A stretch of 64,000 bases of DNA from Candidatus Marinacidobacterales bacterium (GCA_965226495.1 OZ245365.1:3200001-3264000); one strand, 5' to 3'. Positions 10,022 through 20,346 are shown, numbered from the stretch's first letter. A program made the numbers and translations. The notes: a model not told the origin generated them from the letters alone.

Positions 10022-11763
10022 GGTTCCTTGCTCTTCCCTACTGGCAGGCCCTCTTGCTGGTCGGGCTGACCGCCGCTGCCATCGCGGTTCTCTATTGGCT
10101 GAAGCCACCGCCGCGACGCCTGCTGGTGCCGTCCAACTTGTTGTGGCGGATGGTGCTCAAGGAACGAAAGTCGAGCTACGACCAGATGCGCTGGTTGATC
10201 TCGTTACTTCTCGCGCTTGCGATAGGCGCCGCTATGGCGCTAGCGGTTGGGCGTCCCGAGAACAATGATGCTCCGGTTCGAAACGTGAGGTTGATTCTAG
10301 ATAACAGTCCTACCATGGCGACCCGGTCTTCGGACGGGCGCACGCGTTGGAACCATGCCGTTGAGGCGGCGGAGGAGATTCTTTCCGGAGGAAGCGAGGG
10401 TAGCCGGTTCCTCCTCGTGGATACGATGGTGCAGGCCACGTCCGCAATCTGGGTCGACCGCCGGCAGGCCAGGGAAGTGTTGAGCGCGCTATCGGTGTCG
10501 CCGAGCGGAACGCCGTCCTTGCCCCGACTCGACGCGCCCGACGCAGAAACGGTCATCGTCTCCGACGGCGTGTCTCTCGAAGTGCCGGTCGGGGCGCGCA
10601 CGATATCGACGTTCGAACCAACCGACAACGTCGGCATCACCGCGTTCGAGATCCGCCCCGAACCCGCCGAGCCTTTCCGTTACCGGGCTTATCTCGAGGT
10701 CGAGAACTTCTCGCCGCAATCGAAGCAGATCGACGTCCAGATCGGCGGAGCCGGCCCACATCGACTCGATAGAAATCTGACGTTGCCGACCGGTGAAGTT
10801 TTCTCCGAAGCCTTCGACCTTGCCGAGTTCGAAGGCGGAGCCATCCGAGCCACGGTGACGACACCCGGTGACGGATTCGAGCCCGACAACTTCGCCTTTT
10901 CCTACTTGCCCCCACATCGAAGGATTCGTGTGCTTTTGGTGAGTCGCGGGAATCAGTACCTGGAGACGGCGCTCGGCGTGGATGTCGGAGTGGACCTTTC
11001 GATGTTGACGCCGGAGCGGTTTCAAGAACAGCGGGAGCATGTTCGTCCCGACGTCTTCATCTTCGATCGCTTTGAACCGGATCCTCTGCCTGATGGCCCC
11101 TCCATCCTTTTTGGACCGCCCGGGTCTGAGGTCATCGAAGGTCCGCACGTCGCGGGGCGCGGCACCGGCCATCCTCTCCTGCAATTCGTCTCCCTCGAGG
11201 ATCTGCTCGTCGATCGCGCGAGGCGCGTCAACCCGTCAGACGCTGAGATAGTTCTCGGAACCAAGGAGGCTCCGTTGATCTTGGCTGCCGAGGAGCCAAC
11301 TCGACGGCTCGCCGTGACATTCAACTTGGCTGACTCCAACTTCCCGCTTCAATCCGGCTTCCTCGTCTTCCTGTCGAACGCCCTGACGTGGGCGACCGGG
11401 GAGCCGTTGGCGCTCCGACGTTCACTCGGGATGGTCGATGTGCCATTGTCCGATCCGATCGTCACAGATCTCGAAGGCAAGGAGATCCCATGCCGCGCAT
11501 TGATGGGCAAAACCGTTTTCGAAGCGAGTGAGCCCGGCCTTTACACCGCGGTTCAGGGGAACCGGCGATTGCGCGTGGCCGTCAACGTCACCGACCGAAG
11601 GATTTCCGACGTGAATCGCTCGACGCTCCCTCGGCAGGACGCTCGCCCGAGGAGTGAATTGACGGCCGGGGGAACAGGAGAGCTTTGGGTGTTCCTACTC
11701 GGAGCGGCTATCTTTCTACTCGTCTTCGAATGGTGGACCTACCATCGCCGCATCACGATCTAA
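10018..11763 (+). CDS. BatA N-terminal / VWA domain membrane protein
   Basis: ATGA overlap with the DUF58 stop; BatA-like 'YWLKPPPRRLLVPSNLLW'; MIDAS-like DNSPTM; C-terminal TM ending 'FEWWTYHRR'. Confidence 0.88.
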   Translation: MRFLALPYWQALLLVGLTAAAIAVLYWLKPPPRRLLVPSNLLWRMVLKERKSSYDQMRWLISLLLALAIGAAMALAVGRPENNDAPVRNVRLILDNSPTMATRSSDGRTRWNHAVEAAEEILSGGSEGSRFLLVDTMVQATSAIWVDRRQAREVLSALSVSPSGTPSLPRLDAPDAETVIVSDGVSLEVPVGARTISTFEPTDNVGITAFEIRPEPAEPFRYRAYLEVENFSPQSKQIDVQIGGAGPHRLDRNLTLPTGEVFSEAFDLAEFEGGAIRATVTTPGDGFEPDNFAFSYLPPHRRIRVLLVSRGNQYLETALGVDVGVDLSMLTPERFQEQREHVRPDVFIFDRFEPDPLPDGPSILFGPPGSEVIEGPHVAGRGTGHPLLQFVSLEDLLVDRARRVNPSDAEIVLGTKEAPLILAAEEPTRRLAVTFNLADSNFPLQSGFLVFLSNALTWATGEPLALRRSLGMVDVPLSDPIVTDLEGKEIPCRALMGKTVFEASEPGLYTAVQGNRRLRVAVNVTDRRISDVNRSTLPRQDARPRSELTAGGTGELWVFLLGAAIFLLVFEWWTYHRRITI

Positions 11764-12035
11764 TTTGGGGATCGGTTATTTACTCCGTCCGGACGGAGTG
11801 CGCGGCTCTGCAAAAATAAAAGATCACTGAGAAAAATAATCTGTTTTTTGCTTGACAGCTCTGGCGAAGCGATACGAAAAACGTGGCAGGTATGATGTGG
11901 AGTGGGCCTGTACCTGCGATAAAGAAACGACGGTCACTCTCGTTGGCTTGGATAGACTTCGCAAGTGTCTCGATGTGTTCGCGTTCAACACACGCGAGCA
12001 CAGAGCGTCTAAAAAGTCCATGCTATAAATGGCGG

Positions 12036-13241
12036 ATGAACAAGAAAGATGAATTGAAATCGCTTTCCCGACTATCGGATGACGAGCTTCTTGTTCGACT
12101 GTGGAGCGTTTTGAAACAGTCCCGGCGTGTCGAGTCGGTTCTCGTTGCGCATATCGCCGAAGTCGACGCCCGCCGACTGTATGCCCGTGAAGCATCGTCA
12201 TCGATGTTTCAGTATTGCGTCGACGTGTTACGCCTGTCCGAGGCAGAAGCCTACCTACGGATAGCCGCCGCACGGGCGTCACGCCAACATCCGGCGCTGC
12301 TGACGATGCTCGACGATGGGCGTCTTCACTTGAGCGGCATCGCGGTGCTGGCGCCGCATCTTACCGAGACCAATTGCGAGGAGCTTCTGGCTCGAGCAAC
12401 CCACAAAACCAAGCGCGAGCTCCTGGTGCTGGTGGCGGAGATTGCGCCGAAGCCGGATGTCTCGCCCTCCATCCGGAAGCTTCCGAAGCGGCGACAGAAG
12501 CCGGTTAGCGAACAACGTACGTCCTGTGCCGAAACTACTCCGTCCGGCCCGTCTGGAAAAAGTCGTCCAGCCACTGAACCGGCCCCCGCTCCGACTCCCC
12601 AAGCGCCTGACAAGCCGCCGGTCGTCGAGCCGCTGGCGCCTGCGCGCTACAAAGTGCAGTTCACGGCGAGCGCCGAGCTTCACGACAAGCTCCAACGGCT
12701 CGCGGCGCTCATGCCGGGTGTCGACCTCACTTCCATGATCGAAGCCTCCGTGACGGAGAAACTCGAACGGCTCGAAGCCAAGCGCCTCGGCAAAGCCAAA
12801 AATCCGAGAAAGAGCCTCGAAGATGCCGACACGTCGCCGGGAGTGCGCGGAATTCCCGCTCCTGTGAGGCGCTTCGTGTGGGCGCGCGACCAAGGCCAAT
12901 GCACGTTTGAGAGCGGGGACGGTAGACGATGTCCCGAGCGCCTAGGACTGCAGTTCCACCACGACGATCCCCACGCGCTCGGCGGCGATCGAAGTGCCGA
13001 CAATGTCAGACTTCTATGTGGTCCGCACAATCTCTACATGGCGGAGATGGACTACGGCAAAGACAAGATGGAGGGGTACCGGGGTTCCGCCGACCGGGTC
13101 CGTGAACCGAAGCCGTCGTTTCAACTCTTTCCGGACCGAGTTGTGCACGGGAGCCAGCGCGTGTCTACTTCTCGAAGGCAATGGACTCGAGCACCTCGGT
13201 GTTTCGAGGTCTCAACTCTTGGTCCTTGTCCACAACTTTGA
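12036..13241 (+). CDS. Stand-alone HNH endonuclease-domain protein (copy 1)
   Basis: C-terminal 'VWARDQGQC...C...LQFHH...GG...NVRLLCGPHN'; helical N-terminal region homologous to 34655-35734. Confidence 0.85.
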   Translation: MNKKDELKSLSRLSDDELLVRLWSVLKQSRRVESVLVAHIAEVDARRLYAREASSSMFQYCVDVLRLSEAEAYLRIAAARASRQHPALLTMLDDGRLHLSGIAVLAPHLTETNCEELLARATHKTKRELLVLVAEIAPKPDVSPSIRKLPKRRQKPVSEQRTSCAETTPSGPSGKSRPATEPAPAPTPQAPDKPPVVEPLAPARYKVQFTASAELHDKLQRLAALMPGVDLTSMIEASVTEKLERLEAKRLGKAKNPRKSLEDADTSPGVRGIPAPVRRFVWARDQGQCTFESGDGRRCPERLGLQFHHDDPHALGGDRSADNVRLLCGPHNLYMAEMDYGKDKMEGYRGSADRVREPKPSFQLFPDRVVHGSQRVSTSRRQWTRAPRCFEVSTLGPCPQL

Positions 13242-13689
13242 GCTCAAGATCTGCATCCACGGTTTCGGGACGAAAACACCGTTTGTCATCACAGGCCTGA
13301 TATCTGAGTCTGCCGCCGATGGCATGCTTGCCTAGCGCCAGGCTCTCGCCTAGCTCCAACGAGACGCCGATGAAAAATGTCTCCTCGTAAACGGCCAAAG
13401 GTTTCTCGGACCACTCGAGCGTGAGGTTGATGGCCTCCGGGTAGACCGTCTCTCGAAGGGCGATGCCCTCCGGTAGTTCCAAGCTCAGCGAAGTCGCAAT
13501 GAGGTATTTGTCCAAAGGCTGGTTGGAATTCACGTGGAAGCCCTTCGGCAACTTCACTCCGATGGCAGCGTGGACGATCTTACCCGCGTGTACGACGTCT
13601 GACTCGAGCAACCCGCTCACTTGAACCTGGGGACGTCCTTGAGAGAGCGTCGAGATCGCTCCAACCAATACGAAGAAAGCCCATCTCAT
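13165..13689 (-). CDS. Stand-alone DsbD N-terminal-like (thiol:disulfide interchange) exported protein
   Basis: ATGA overlap with the upstream stop; signal peptide; GFHVNSNQP and LRYQACDDKRCFRP (Cx4C). Confidence 0.85.
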   Translation of the reverse strand: MRWAFFVLVGAISTLSQGRPQVQVSGLLESDVVHAGKIVHAAIGVKLPKGFHVNSNQPLDKYLIATSLSLELPEGIALRETVYPEAINLTLEWSEKPLAVYEETFFIGVSLELGESLALGKHAIGGRLRYQACDDKRCFRPETVDADLELKVVDKDQELRPRNTEVLESIAFEK

Positions 13690-16600
13690 TCGTTGGTCCC
13701 GTGCGCCTGGCCTTCGGCCCCAGACATCCAGAGTAATTTCCGCAGATCCGACACCGAGGGGACGCCCCATCGAGCGATGAGGACTTGTCCCGTTGCGTCG
13801 GTAACGAACGTCGCGGGAACGGCGTCCGCACGAAGCTCAGCGAGTATGGTTTCATTCACTTTGTCGATCTCGCTCTTCGCGATTCCCGTTAAGAGCTCGT
13901 AGGGTGGTGTGTACTCCGCGAGCCAACTCTGCAGCATGTCTCTAGAGTCTTCGCCATCGACCGGTACCGAGTACATAGCGAGCTCATCTTCTCCGAAGGC
14001 CTCCCGCAGCCTGTGGAACTCAGGTAGCTCGGTAACACACGCCGTGCACCAAGTCGCCATCGTTGTGACGAGCGTAAGGCCTCGCTTCGACTGTTGACTC
14101 TCGCCTTCGTGTAGCACAACGAGGTTACTCGCCCGTTCCTTCGTCGGAAGTAAGCGGGTCTTCCAGAAGTCTGGCGACGAGGCTCGAGTCATCAGAGCGC
14201 TTGGAGCCTTCGCGTACGGCTCTAGGGTAAAGGGCTTCCCTGTCGGCGAATCGGATGGATTCTCGTAAAGGGTGACCAGCATGCCGGCGGGGATCTCGTT
14301 CGACTTCTGCTTCTTTCCCGAGAGCCACCGAACCCAAAGCGACGCTAGGCTGTCGTGCTCTCCAATGCCAATAATCATCGTGGAGCTGTGCTGTGCAAGA
14401 TAGCCGCTTTCCGGTTGGAGCTCTCGGTAAATCAGCTCTCCTTCGCCGAGGTCCAGTTCCACCGCGGTCCCGAAAGCATCTCTGGCACTCCAATCTTTGG
14501 ACGGCTTCGGCGTCTTGTTACCTCCCACAAACCGCAAAGCGATGAAGCCGCCGCGAGTCTTGTCGCCAATGCCATTCCTGAGCAAGCGCAGGCGTGGCGC
14601 TCCGGGGCTACCGAGCGCCACGTCCAACCAGCCGTCCCGATCATAGTCGAGGAGCGCAAAGGACCGACCGTCCCCCGGATCATCGAGACCCGTAACGCCA
14701 GAGAGATCCTCGAATTGATGTCCCGGAAACCCGCCCAGGAACAGGTGGTTCCGCTCGGCTCCGCTCCAAGGAATTCCGGAAAAGATCGATGCGTTCGTAC
14801 TCTGGATCGTCTCCACCATCGTTGCCCACCGGCTTTTGCTGCCCTCCTGACCGGAACCATCGAGATCGCGTGCGACCGCACGCCAAAAGGTACTTCAACT
14901 ATCGCCTATCGTCGCGACTTCGGGTGGCATGCTCATCATGCTAGCGGGCACGTAGATGTCGAGGTAGCCGTCGTTGTTAAGATCCGCAAAACCTCCGCCC
15001 CATCCAAAATCCGCCGCCTCCACCTGCGGAGACGGTGGCTCCATCCCCGAGACCTTGTAGAATCCATCGGGCCCGTTGCGGATCAAAGAATTGCCTCTCG
15101 CCGACTGGGCCACCATTGCGCTCGACTGCATCTGCTCGGCGATACGCATACCCGCTTTGCTGAACATGTTCGTCGTGTACATGTCCGCACGGCCGTCGTT
15201 GTCGTAGTCGCCCCATGAACCACCCATACCGAATCCGATCTCGCCCGTATGTTCGTTCGAAATGTCTGTGAACACGCCATTCCCATCGTTTCTTCTGAGC
15301 TCGTTCGGCCCTAGCTCATTGACAACGTACAAATCCATATCCCCATCGCGGTCGATATCCGACCACGCAGTGGCTAGCGTATTGAAGCTAGACTTCGCAG
15401 CGTCGTTGGGATCGGTCCGTCGGAATCGTCCGTCGCCCAGGTTCTCGAGAAGCCAATTGGAGGGACCCGGGTTTCCGGAGATCGGGTGCGCTTCGTCGGA
15501 ACGCATTCGACGAAATATTGCCTTCGCCTCTTCGGGGTCTAGCCAGGGGATTTCATCGGCCCCCGTCTCGCCGCTTGCCTTCGCTCGCTCGTTCGCGGCC
15601 TGCATGTACTGGGTGTAGGGACCAGTGTAAGCTCCTAGGTAGACGTCGAGCAATCCGTCGTTGTTGTAATCCGTCACGCTGATCGGCAAGACCCAGCTCG
15701 GAAGCCCTTCTTCGACGAGATCGCTCGCATCGACGAAACGTCCGTGCTCGTTTCGCAAGTAGCGCGTTCCATTCTCACGATTGTAAAAGCTCAAGAACAC
15801 ATCGCTATCATCGTCGTTGTCGAAGTCAGCAAAAGTCGCCGAGTGAACGTTGGCCAGATCTAGGCCCAAGCTCTCTGAGATCTCCTCGAACGTTCCGTCC
15901 CCACGATTTCTGAAAAAGAGTGCGGGCGCATCGTAGCCTGCGAAGTAGAAGTCGTCGAAACCATCGCGGTCGATGTCTACGACGGACGCTTGGTTCGCGT
16001 GGCCCCATGGGGATGTCCCGTTCTCCAACTGATCTCGGACCATGTCGAGAACATCCTCCAACTCCATTTGGCCGGTTCGAATGCCCAGAACCACATTGAC
16101 GAGCATCTCGTCTCGGTTCGAATGAGCCAGACGTGCTCGGTCGTCGCCCGCAAACGCGAGGTCGCCCACATCGCTGAAGAGTGGAGCCTCTGCCTGAGTT
16201 ACGGTGAAGTCTTTCGTCGCAAGCTTCGTCACGCGCCAAGTACCCCTGTCGTCATCTGCCTTCCCTGGCTCGTGCCTCCATCGGATGCTCAGCTTCCCTT
16301 TCACCGAACCCACTTTTCCCGAGGGGAATTGGGCCAAGCCCTTGAACCCCGTCTCTGTCTCATACTGCGATTTGTCGGTGCCCACGAAGCGACCGCGAAC
16401 ATTGTAGAAGTTGAAGTGATGAAAGAAGTCGACCGTCTCGAGGAAGCTCGTCCAGAGCGTCAAGTCCGCCGCTTCGACACGCGTTCGTGGGGCCGAGAGC
16501 GGCCATCGCCATCGATCCAAGCCGAGGCCGAGAATGTCCCCTTCTTCTTTACTTGGGCTGGCTCCCAGATCCACCACATCTAGCCTTGGCTCCAGAGCGG

Positions 16601-16799
16601 CAAGGCTTTGGGCATCGGGAAAGCTCAGATTCATCACGCTTTTCGAGAGCTTCGCCAGATTCCCCCGCAGGCCCTCGATAACCGTCTCGCTTTCAAGGAC
16701 TTCATCCGCGGTCAGCGGGCGTGCCGGCGCTTCGGTGCAAGCTACGGAATAGGCTTCAAGTGCGAGTACCAGCGACAGCACCCATGCACGTTTCTGCAT
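13686..16799 (-). CDS. Probable selenoprotein (1037 aa, Sec635): FG-GAP/CRTAC1-like repeats + ASPIC/UnbV + TlpA-like thioredoxin
   Basis: The two track ORFs share a frame and are separated only by TGA 14895-14897 plus 25 sense codons (IGDS-U-STFWRAVARD...); SECIS-like hairpin follows; DxDxDG repeats on both sides of the UGA; C-terminal WCTAC; GGAGGGA RBS before ATG 16799. Confidence 0.8.
14868..14883 (-). promoter_or_regulatory. Candidate bacterial SECIS hairpin
   Basis: mRNA: UGA-AGUACCUUUUG (11 nt)-GCGUGC-GGUC-GCACGC; perfect 6-bp stem with a G-first apical loop containing GU. Confidence 0.75.
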
Positions 16800-16982
16800 G
16801 CTTCCCTCCGATCTGTCCTGCAAGACCGCCAGGCTCCTAAGGGTATTCGCGCGAAATCTCGCTCGATCGGCTCAACGGATCCGAAAAAACTTGCCCCCCG
16901 TTGCGGCACGTCCAGCACTGATGATACAAGAAAGAACCGTTTTCTTCGCAATGTGTAGTACAAAAACGGCCTAGTTACAAAA

Positions 16983-17552
16983 ATGAGCTCTCCGAGCCCC
17001 GGCGAGGTAACCCGGCTCCTCGAGAAGTGGAGCGGCGGCCAGCAATCTGCGCTCGACGAGCTCATGCCCATCGTCTACTCGGAGCTTCGCAAGTTGGCGC
17101 GGATCCATTTACGCCGCGAGAGAACCGGGCATACCCTAGAGGCCACGGCTCTTACGCACGAGGCTTACCTAAGGCTGGTTGGCCAGAGGAAGGTTCGTTG
17201 GCAGAGCCGCGCCCATTTCTTTTCTGTCGCCGCACAGATGATGCGCCGCATCCTGGTCGAGTACGCGAGGAAACGCCAGACCACGAAGCGGGGCTCGGGA
17301 GCCGCCCAGGTCTCATTGGTGGACGGCCATGGGGCTACGGCGCCCACCACTATCGAAGTCCTGTCGCTCCACGAGGCTTTGGGCCGCCTCGCGGAAATGG
17401 ATCCACGGCAGAGCCAGATCGTGGAGCTTCGCTTCTTTGGTGGTTTGACGATTGATGAAACCGCGGAAGTCGTGGGCGCGTCCCCGGCCACGGTGAAGCG
17501 CGAGTGGCAAGTCGCGAAGCTGTGGCTACAACGCGAGATGGAAGGAAACTGA
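16983..17552 (+). CDS. ECF sigma factor of the kinase-associated (TIGR02999-like) type
   Basis: 'EVTRLL...ELMPIVYSELRKLA...HTLEATALTHEAYLRL' and 'ELRFFGGLTIDETAE...TVKREW'; 10 bp upstream of a kinase gene. Confidence 0.93.
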   Translation: MSSPSPGEVTRLLEKWSGGQQSALDELMPIVYSELRKLARIHLRRERTGHTLEATALTHEAYLRLVGQRKVRWQSRAHFFSVAAQMMRRILVEYARKRQTTKRGSGAAQVSLVDGHGATAPTTIEVLSLHEALGRLAEMDPRQSQIVELRFFGGLTIDETAEVVGASPATVKREWQVAKLWLQREMEGN

Positions 17553-17562
17553 GAGCGTCGGC

Positions 17563-20346
17563 ATGAGTCCGGAACAGTGGAAGAAAGTAAAGGCCATCGT
17601 TCAGGAAGCACTCGACCGTTCACCTTCCGAAAGAACCAGCTACCTGGACGCCGCGTGTGGGAGCGACGCTTCCTTACGCCAGGAAGTGGAGTCTCTCCTC
17701 GACTTCGATAAGAGCGGTCTTCTGGACAAGCCAGCGGCCGACGCCCTCGGTGAATTGCAGCCGACTGTGGACCGGACCCCAGCCGGGAACGCTTCCGACT
17801 TGCAGCTCGCAGCGGGCGATGTTCTCGCCGGCCGCTACCGGATCATCGACGCACTCGGTAAAGGAGGAATGGGAGAAGTCTATCGCGCACACGATCTGAC
17901 TTTGGAACAGGATGTCGCACTCAAGTTCCTTCCCCAAGACTTCCAACAAGATCCGTCGCGCCTCGCGCGTTTCCGTAATGAGGTACGCACCGCCCGGGAA
18001 ATCTCTCATCGCAATGTGTGTCGCGTCTACGACATCGGCGAGATACAGGGCCAGACGTTTCTCAGCATGGAGTACATCGACGGTGAGGACCTCGGTTCGC
18101 TCCTTCACCGCATTGGACGACTCCCCTCGGATAAGGCCGTCGAGGTCGCACACCAACTTTGCATGGGCCTAGCGGCCGCACACGAAAAGGCAGTCCTGCA
18201 CCGCGATCTCAAGCCGGCGAACGTGATGATCGACGGCCAAGGCGCGGCGCGTATCACGGACTTCGGCTTGGCGGCGGCGATCGACGAAGTGGAAGGATCA
18301 GAGATTCGTGTGGGCACACCGGCCTACATGTCTCCCGAGCAATCCTCAGGTAAAGAGGTGACCGTCCAAAGCGACCTCTACAGTCTCGGCCTCGTGCTCT
18401 ACCAGCTCTTCACCGGGAAACGCGCGTTTTCGGCCTCCACGCCGGAAGAGCTCGTACGATTGCAAAGAGATTCGACGCCGACCAGCCCATCGAGCCTGGT
18501 GGAGGGGATCGATCCGACGGTGGAACGCGCGATTCTTCGATGTCTGGATCCCGATCCGAGCCGAAGGCCCCCTTCGGCGATCGCCGTCGCGGCCGCTCTG
18601 CCCGGAGGGGATCCGTTGGCGGCGGCGCTTGCCGCCGGCGAGACGCCGTCCCCGGAGCTCGTCGCCGATGCCGGCGCGGTGGGTGGTCTCACGCCGGCGG
18701 TTGCTTGGGCTTGCCTGGCCGGCGTTATCACTATGGTTTTACTCTCGATCCCCGCGCACCAGATGGGAATGCAGAGTATGAACCGGCTCGTCCCGCTCTC
18801 CAAATCTCCCGAAGTCCTGCGCGAGCGAGCGAGCGAAATAGCCAATCGAATGGGTCCGAATCCGCCAGTCGACAGCACTTACGGTTTTTCATACAACGAG
18901 GACTATCTCGATTACCTCGAAGCGCAAGAACCCTCTCCCAAGAAATATGCTTCGCTCAGGACTGCGGAGCAGGGCGCGGTACGTTTCTGGTATCGGCAGA
19001 GCCCTTCTTACCTGGTGCCCCATCGGGTCACGCCTCCACAGTTCTTTCCCAAGGAATTCGATCCTCCGAACTCCGCTCCCGGAATGGTCTTGATCGAGCT
19101 GGATCTCGAAGGACGTCTGCGCAGATTCGACGCCGTGCCTCTGCGGACGAGAGAAGATGCGGCGCCCGAAAACATCGATTGGAGGCCTTTGTTCCTGGAA
19201 GCAGGCCTCGAGCTCAACGAGTTCTCGCCAACACCACCCGACCGCATTCCTGCCGTATTCGCCGACGAATTGGCGGCGTGGGATGGAACCTACTCCGGTA
19301 TGAACACCCCGATTCGCATCGAGGCCGCCGGATGCCGGGGCCGCCCGGTCGCATTCGAAGTGATCGAGCCATGGAGCGAGCCCGAGGCCAAGTCGTGGGT
19401 GAGGCCTTCCGACATGTTGGGATCGTCATGGGGCAGCCTCATTCACATGTCAGTCTATGTTTTCGCTCTCGTTGCGGGGGCTCTCCTTGCACGCCGCAAC
19501 CTGGGGGTCGGGAGCGGAGACCGGAGAGCCGCCATTCGACTGGCCCTGTTCACGTTCTTTCTCACGATGCTTCAGTGGCTATTCGCCGCACACCATGTGC
19601 CCACTCGAGAAGAAGTCGACCTCTTCCTAGGTGCTCTGTACGTCGCGTGTTTTACGTTCGCACTGGTGTGGGTGCTGTACATGGCCTTGGAGCCTTACGT
19701 GAGGCGAGTCTGGCCGCAGATGATGATCTCCTGGGTCCGACTCATGGCGGGGCGGTTCCGGGATCCTCTCGTGGGTAGGGACGTCCTGATTGGCTGCCTC
19801 GTGGGAGGCGCTACCGCCGTCCTCTGGCAAGCCGATGTCTTCGTTTCTGAGTGGCTGGCGTGGGGCGTACCTCGCAAATCCTATTCGGTGCCCGCGTTTC
19901 AGCTCGACATGCTCAGCGGTCTGAGGGAGTCTTTGGCGACCCTATTCTTGATCCCAGTCAATTCGCTGAAATCGACTCTTTTCTTCGTCGTGGTGCTTTT
20001 CTTACTCCGCCTACTGCTTCGAAGAACGTGGCTCGCTATCGCTGCCTACATGGCGCTCATGGTGACCGTTTACAACCTGGGAAGCTCGCCCATCGTACTT
20101 GTGTCGCACGCGTTCTACTTGGGGCTTTGGGTTTTCGTGTTGTTCCGTTTCGGCTGGATCAGTGCGATGGTCTCCATGCTGGTCGCCGATTTGTTGTTGC
20201 ACTTCCCGTTGACGTTCGACTTCGCGGCATGGACCTCGAGTTCAGCATTTCCCGCGATCCTCGTGATCGCCGCGCTGACGATTTACGGCTTCAAGGTCTC
20301 CCTGGCGGGACGGCCGGCTTTCAAGGATTTGTTAGCGGATGCATGA
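17563..20346 (+). CDS. Ser/Thr protein kinase with multi-pass membrane C-terminal region
   Basis: [35 protein letters not shown]; many C-terminal TM helices. Confidence 0.93.
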   Translation: MSPEQWKKVKAIVQEALDRSPSERTSYLDAACGSDASLRQEVESLLDFDKSGLLDKPAADALGELQPTVDRTPAGNASDLQLAAGDVLAGRYRIIDALGKGGMGEVYRAHDLTLEQDVALKFLPQDFQQDPSRLARFRNEVRTAREISHRNVCRVYDIGEIQGQTFLSMEYIDGEDLGSLLHRIGRLPSDKAVEVAHQLCMGLAAAHEKAVLHRDLKPANVMIDGQGAARITDFGLAAAIDEVEGSEIRVGTPAYMSPEQSSGKEVTVQSDLYSLGLVLYQLFTGKRAFSASTPEELVRLQRDSTPTSPSSLVEGIDPTVERAILRCLDPDPSRRPPSAIAVAAALPGGDPLAAALAAGETPSPELVADAGAVGGLTPAVAWACLAGVITMVLLSIPAHQMGMQSMNRLVPLSKSPEVLRERASEIANRMGPNPPVDSTYGFSYNEDYLDYLEAQEPSPKKYASLRTAEQGAVRFWYRQSPSYLVPHRVTPPQFFPKEFDPPNSAPGMVLIELDLEGRLRRFDAVPLRTREDAAPENIDWRPLFLEAGLELNEFSPTPPDRIPAVFADELAAWDGTYSGMNTPIRIEAAGCRGRPVAFEVIEPWSEPEAKSWVRPSDMLGSSWGSLIHMSVYVFALVAGALLARRNLGVGSGDRRAAIRLALFTFFLTMLQWLFAAHHVPTREEVDLFLGALYVACFTFALVWVLYMALEPYVRRVWPQMMISWVRLMAGRFRDPLVGRDVLIGCLVGGATAVLWQADVFVSEWLAWGVPRKSYSVPAFQLDMLSGLRESLATLFLIPVNSLKSTLFFVVVLFLLRLLLRRTWLAIAAYMALMVTVYNLGSSPIVLVSHAFYLGLWVFVLFRFGWISAMVSMLVADLLLHFPLTFDFAAWTSSSAFPAILVIAALTIYGFKVSLAGRPAFKDLLADA

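Noticed and set aside
8942-10108. Long antisense or alternative-frame ORFs (also 24639-26033, 18540-19778, 19851-20993, 5196-6260)
   Set aside because: Shadow ORFs of well-supported genes in high-GC DNA, with no recognisable motifs.
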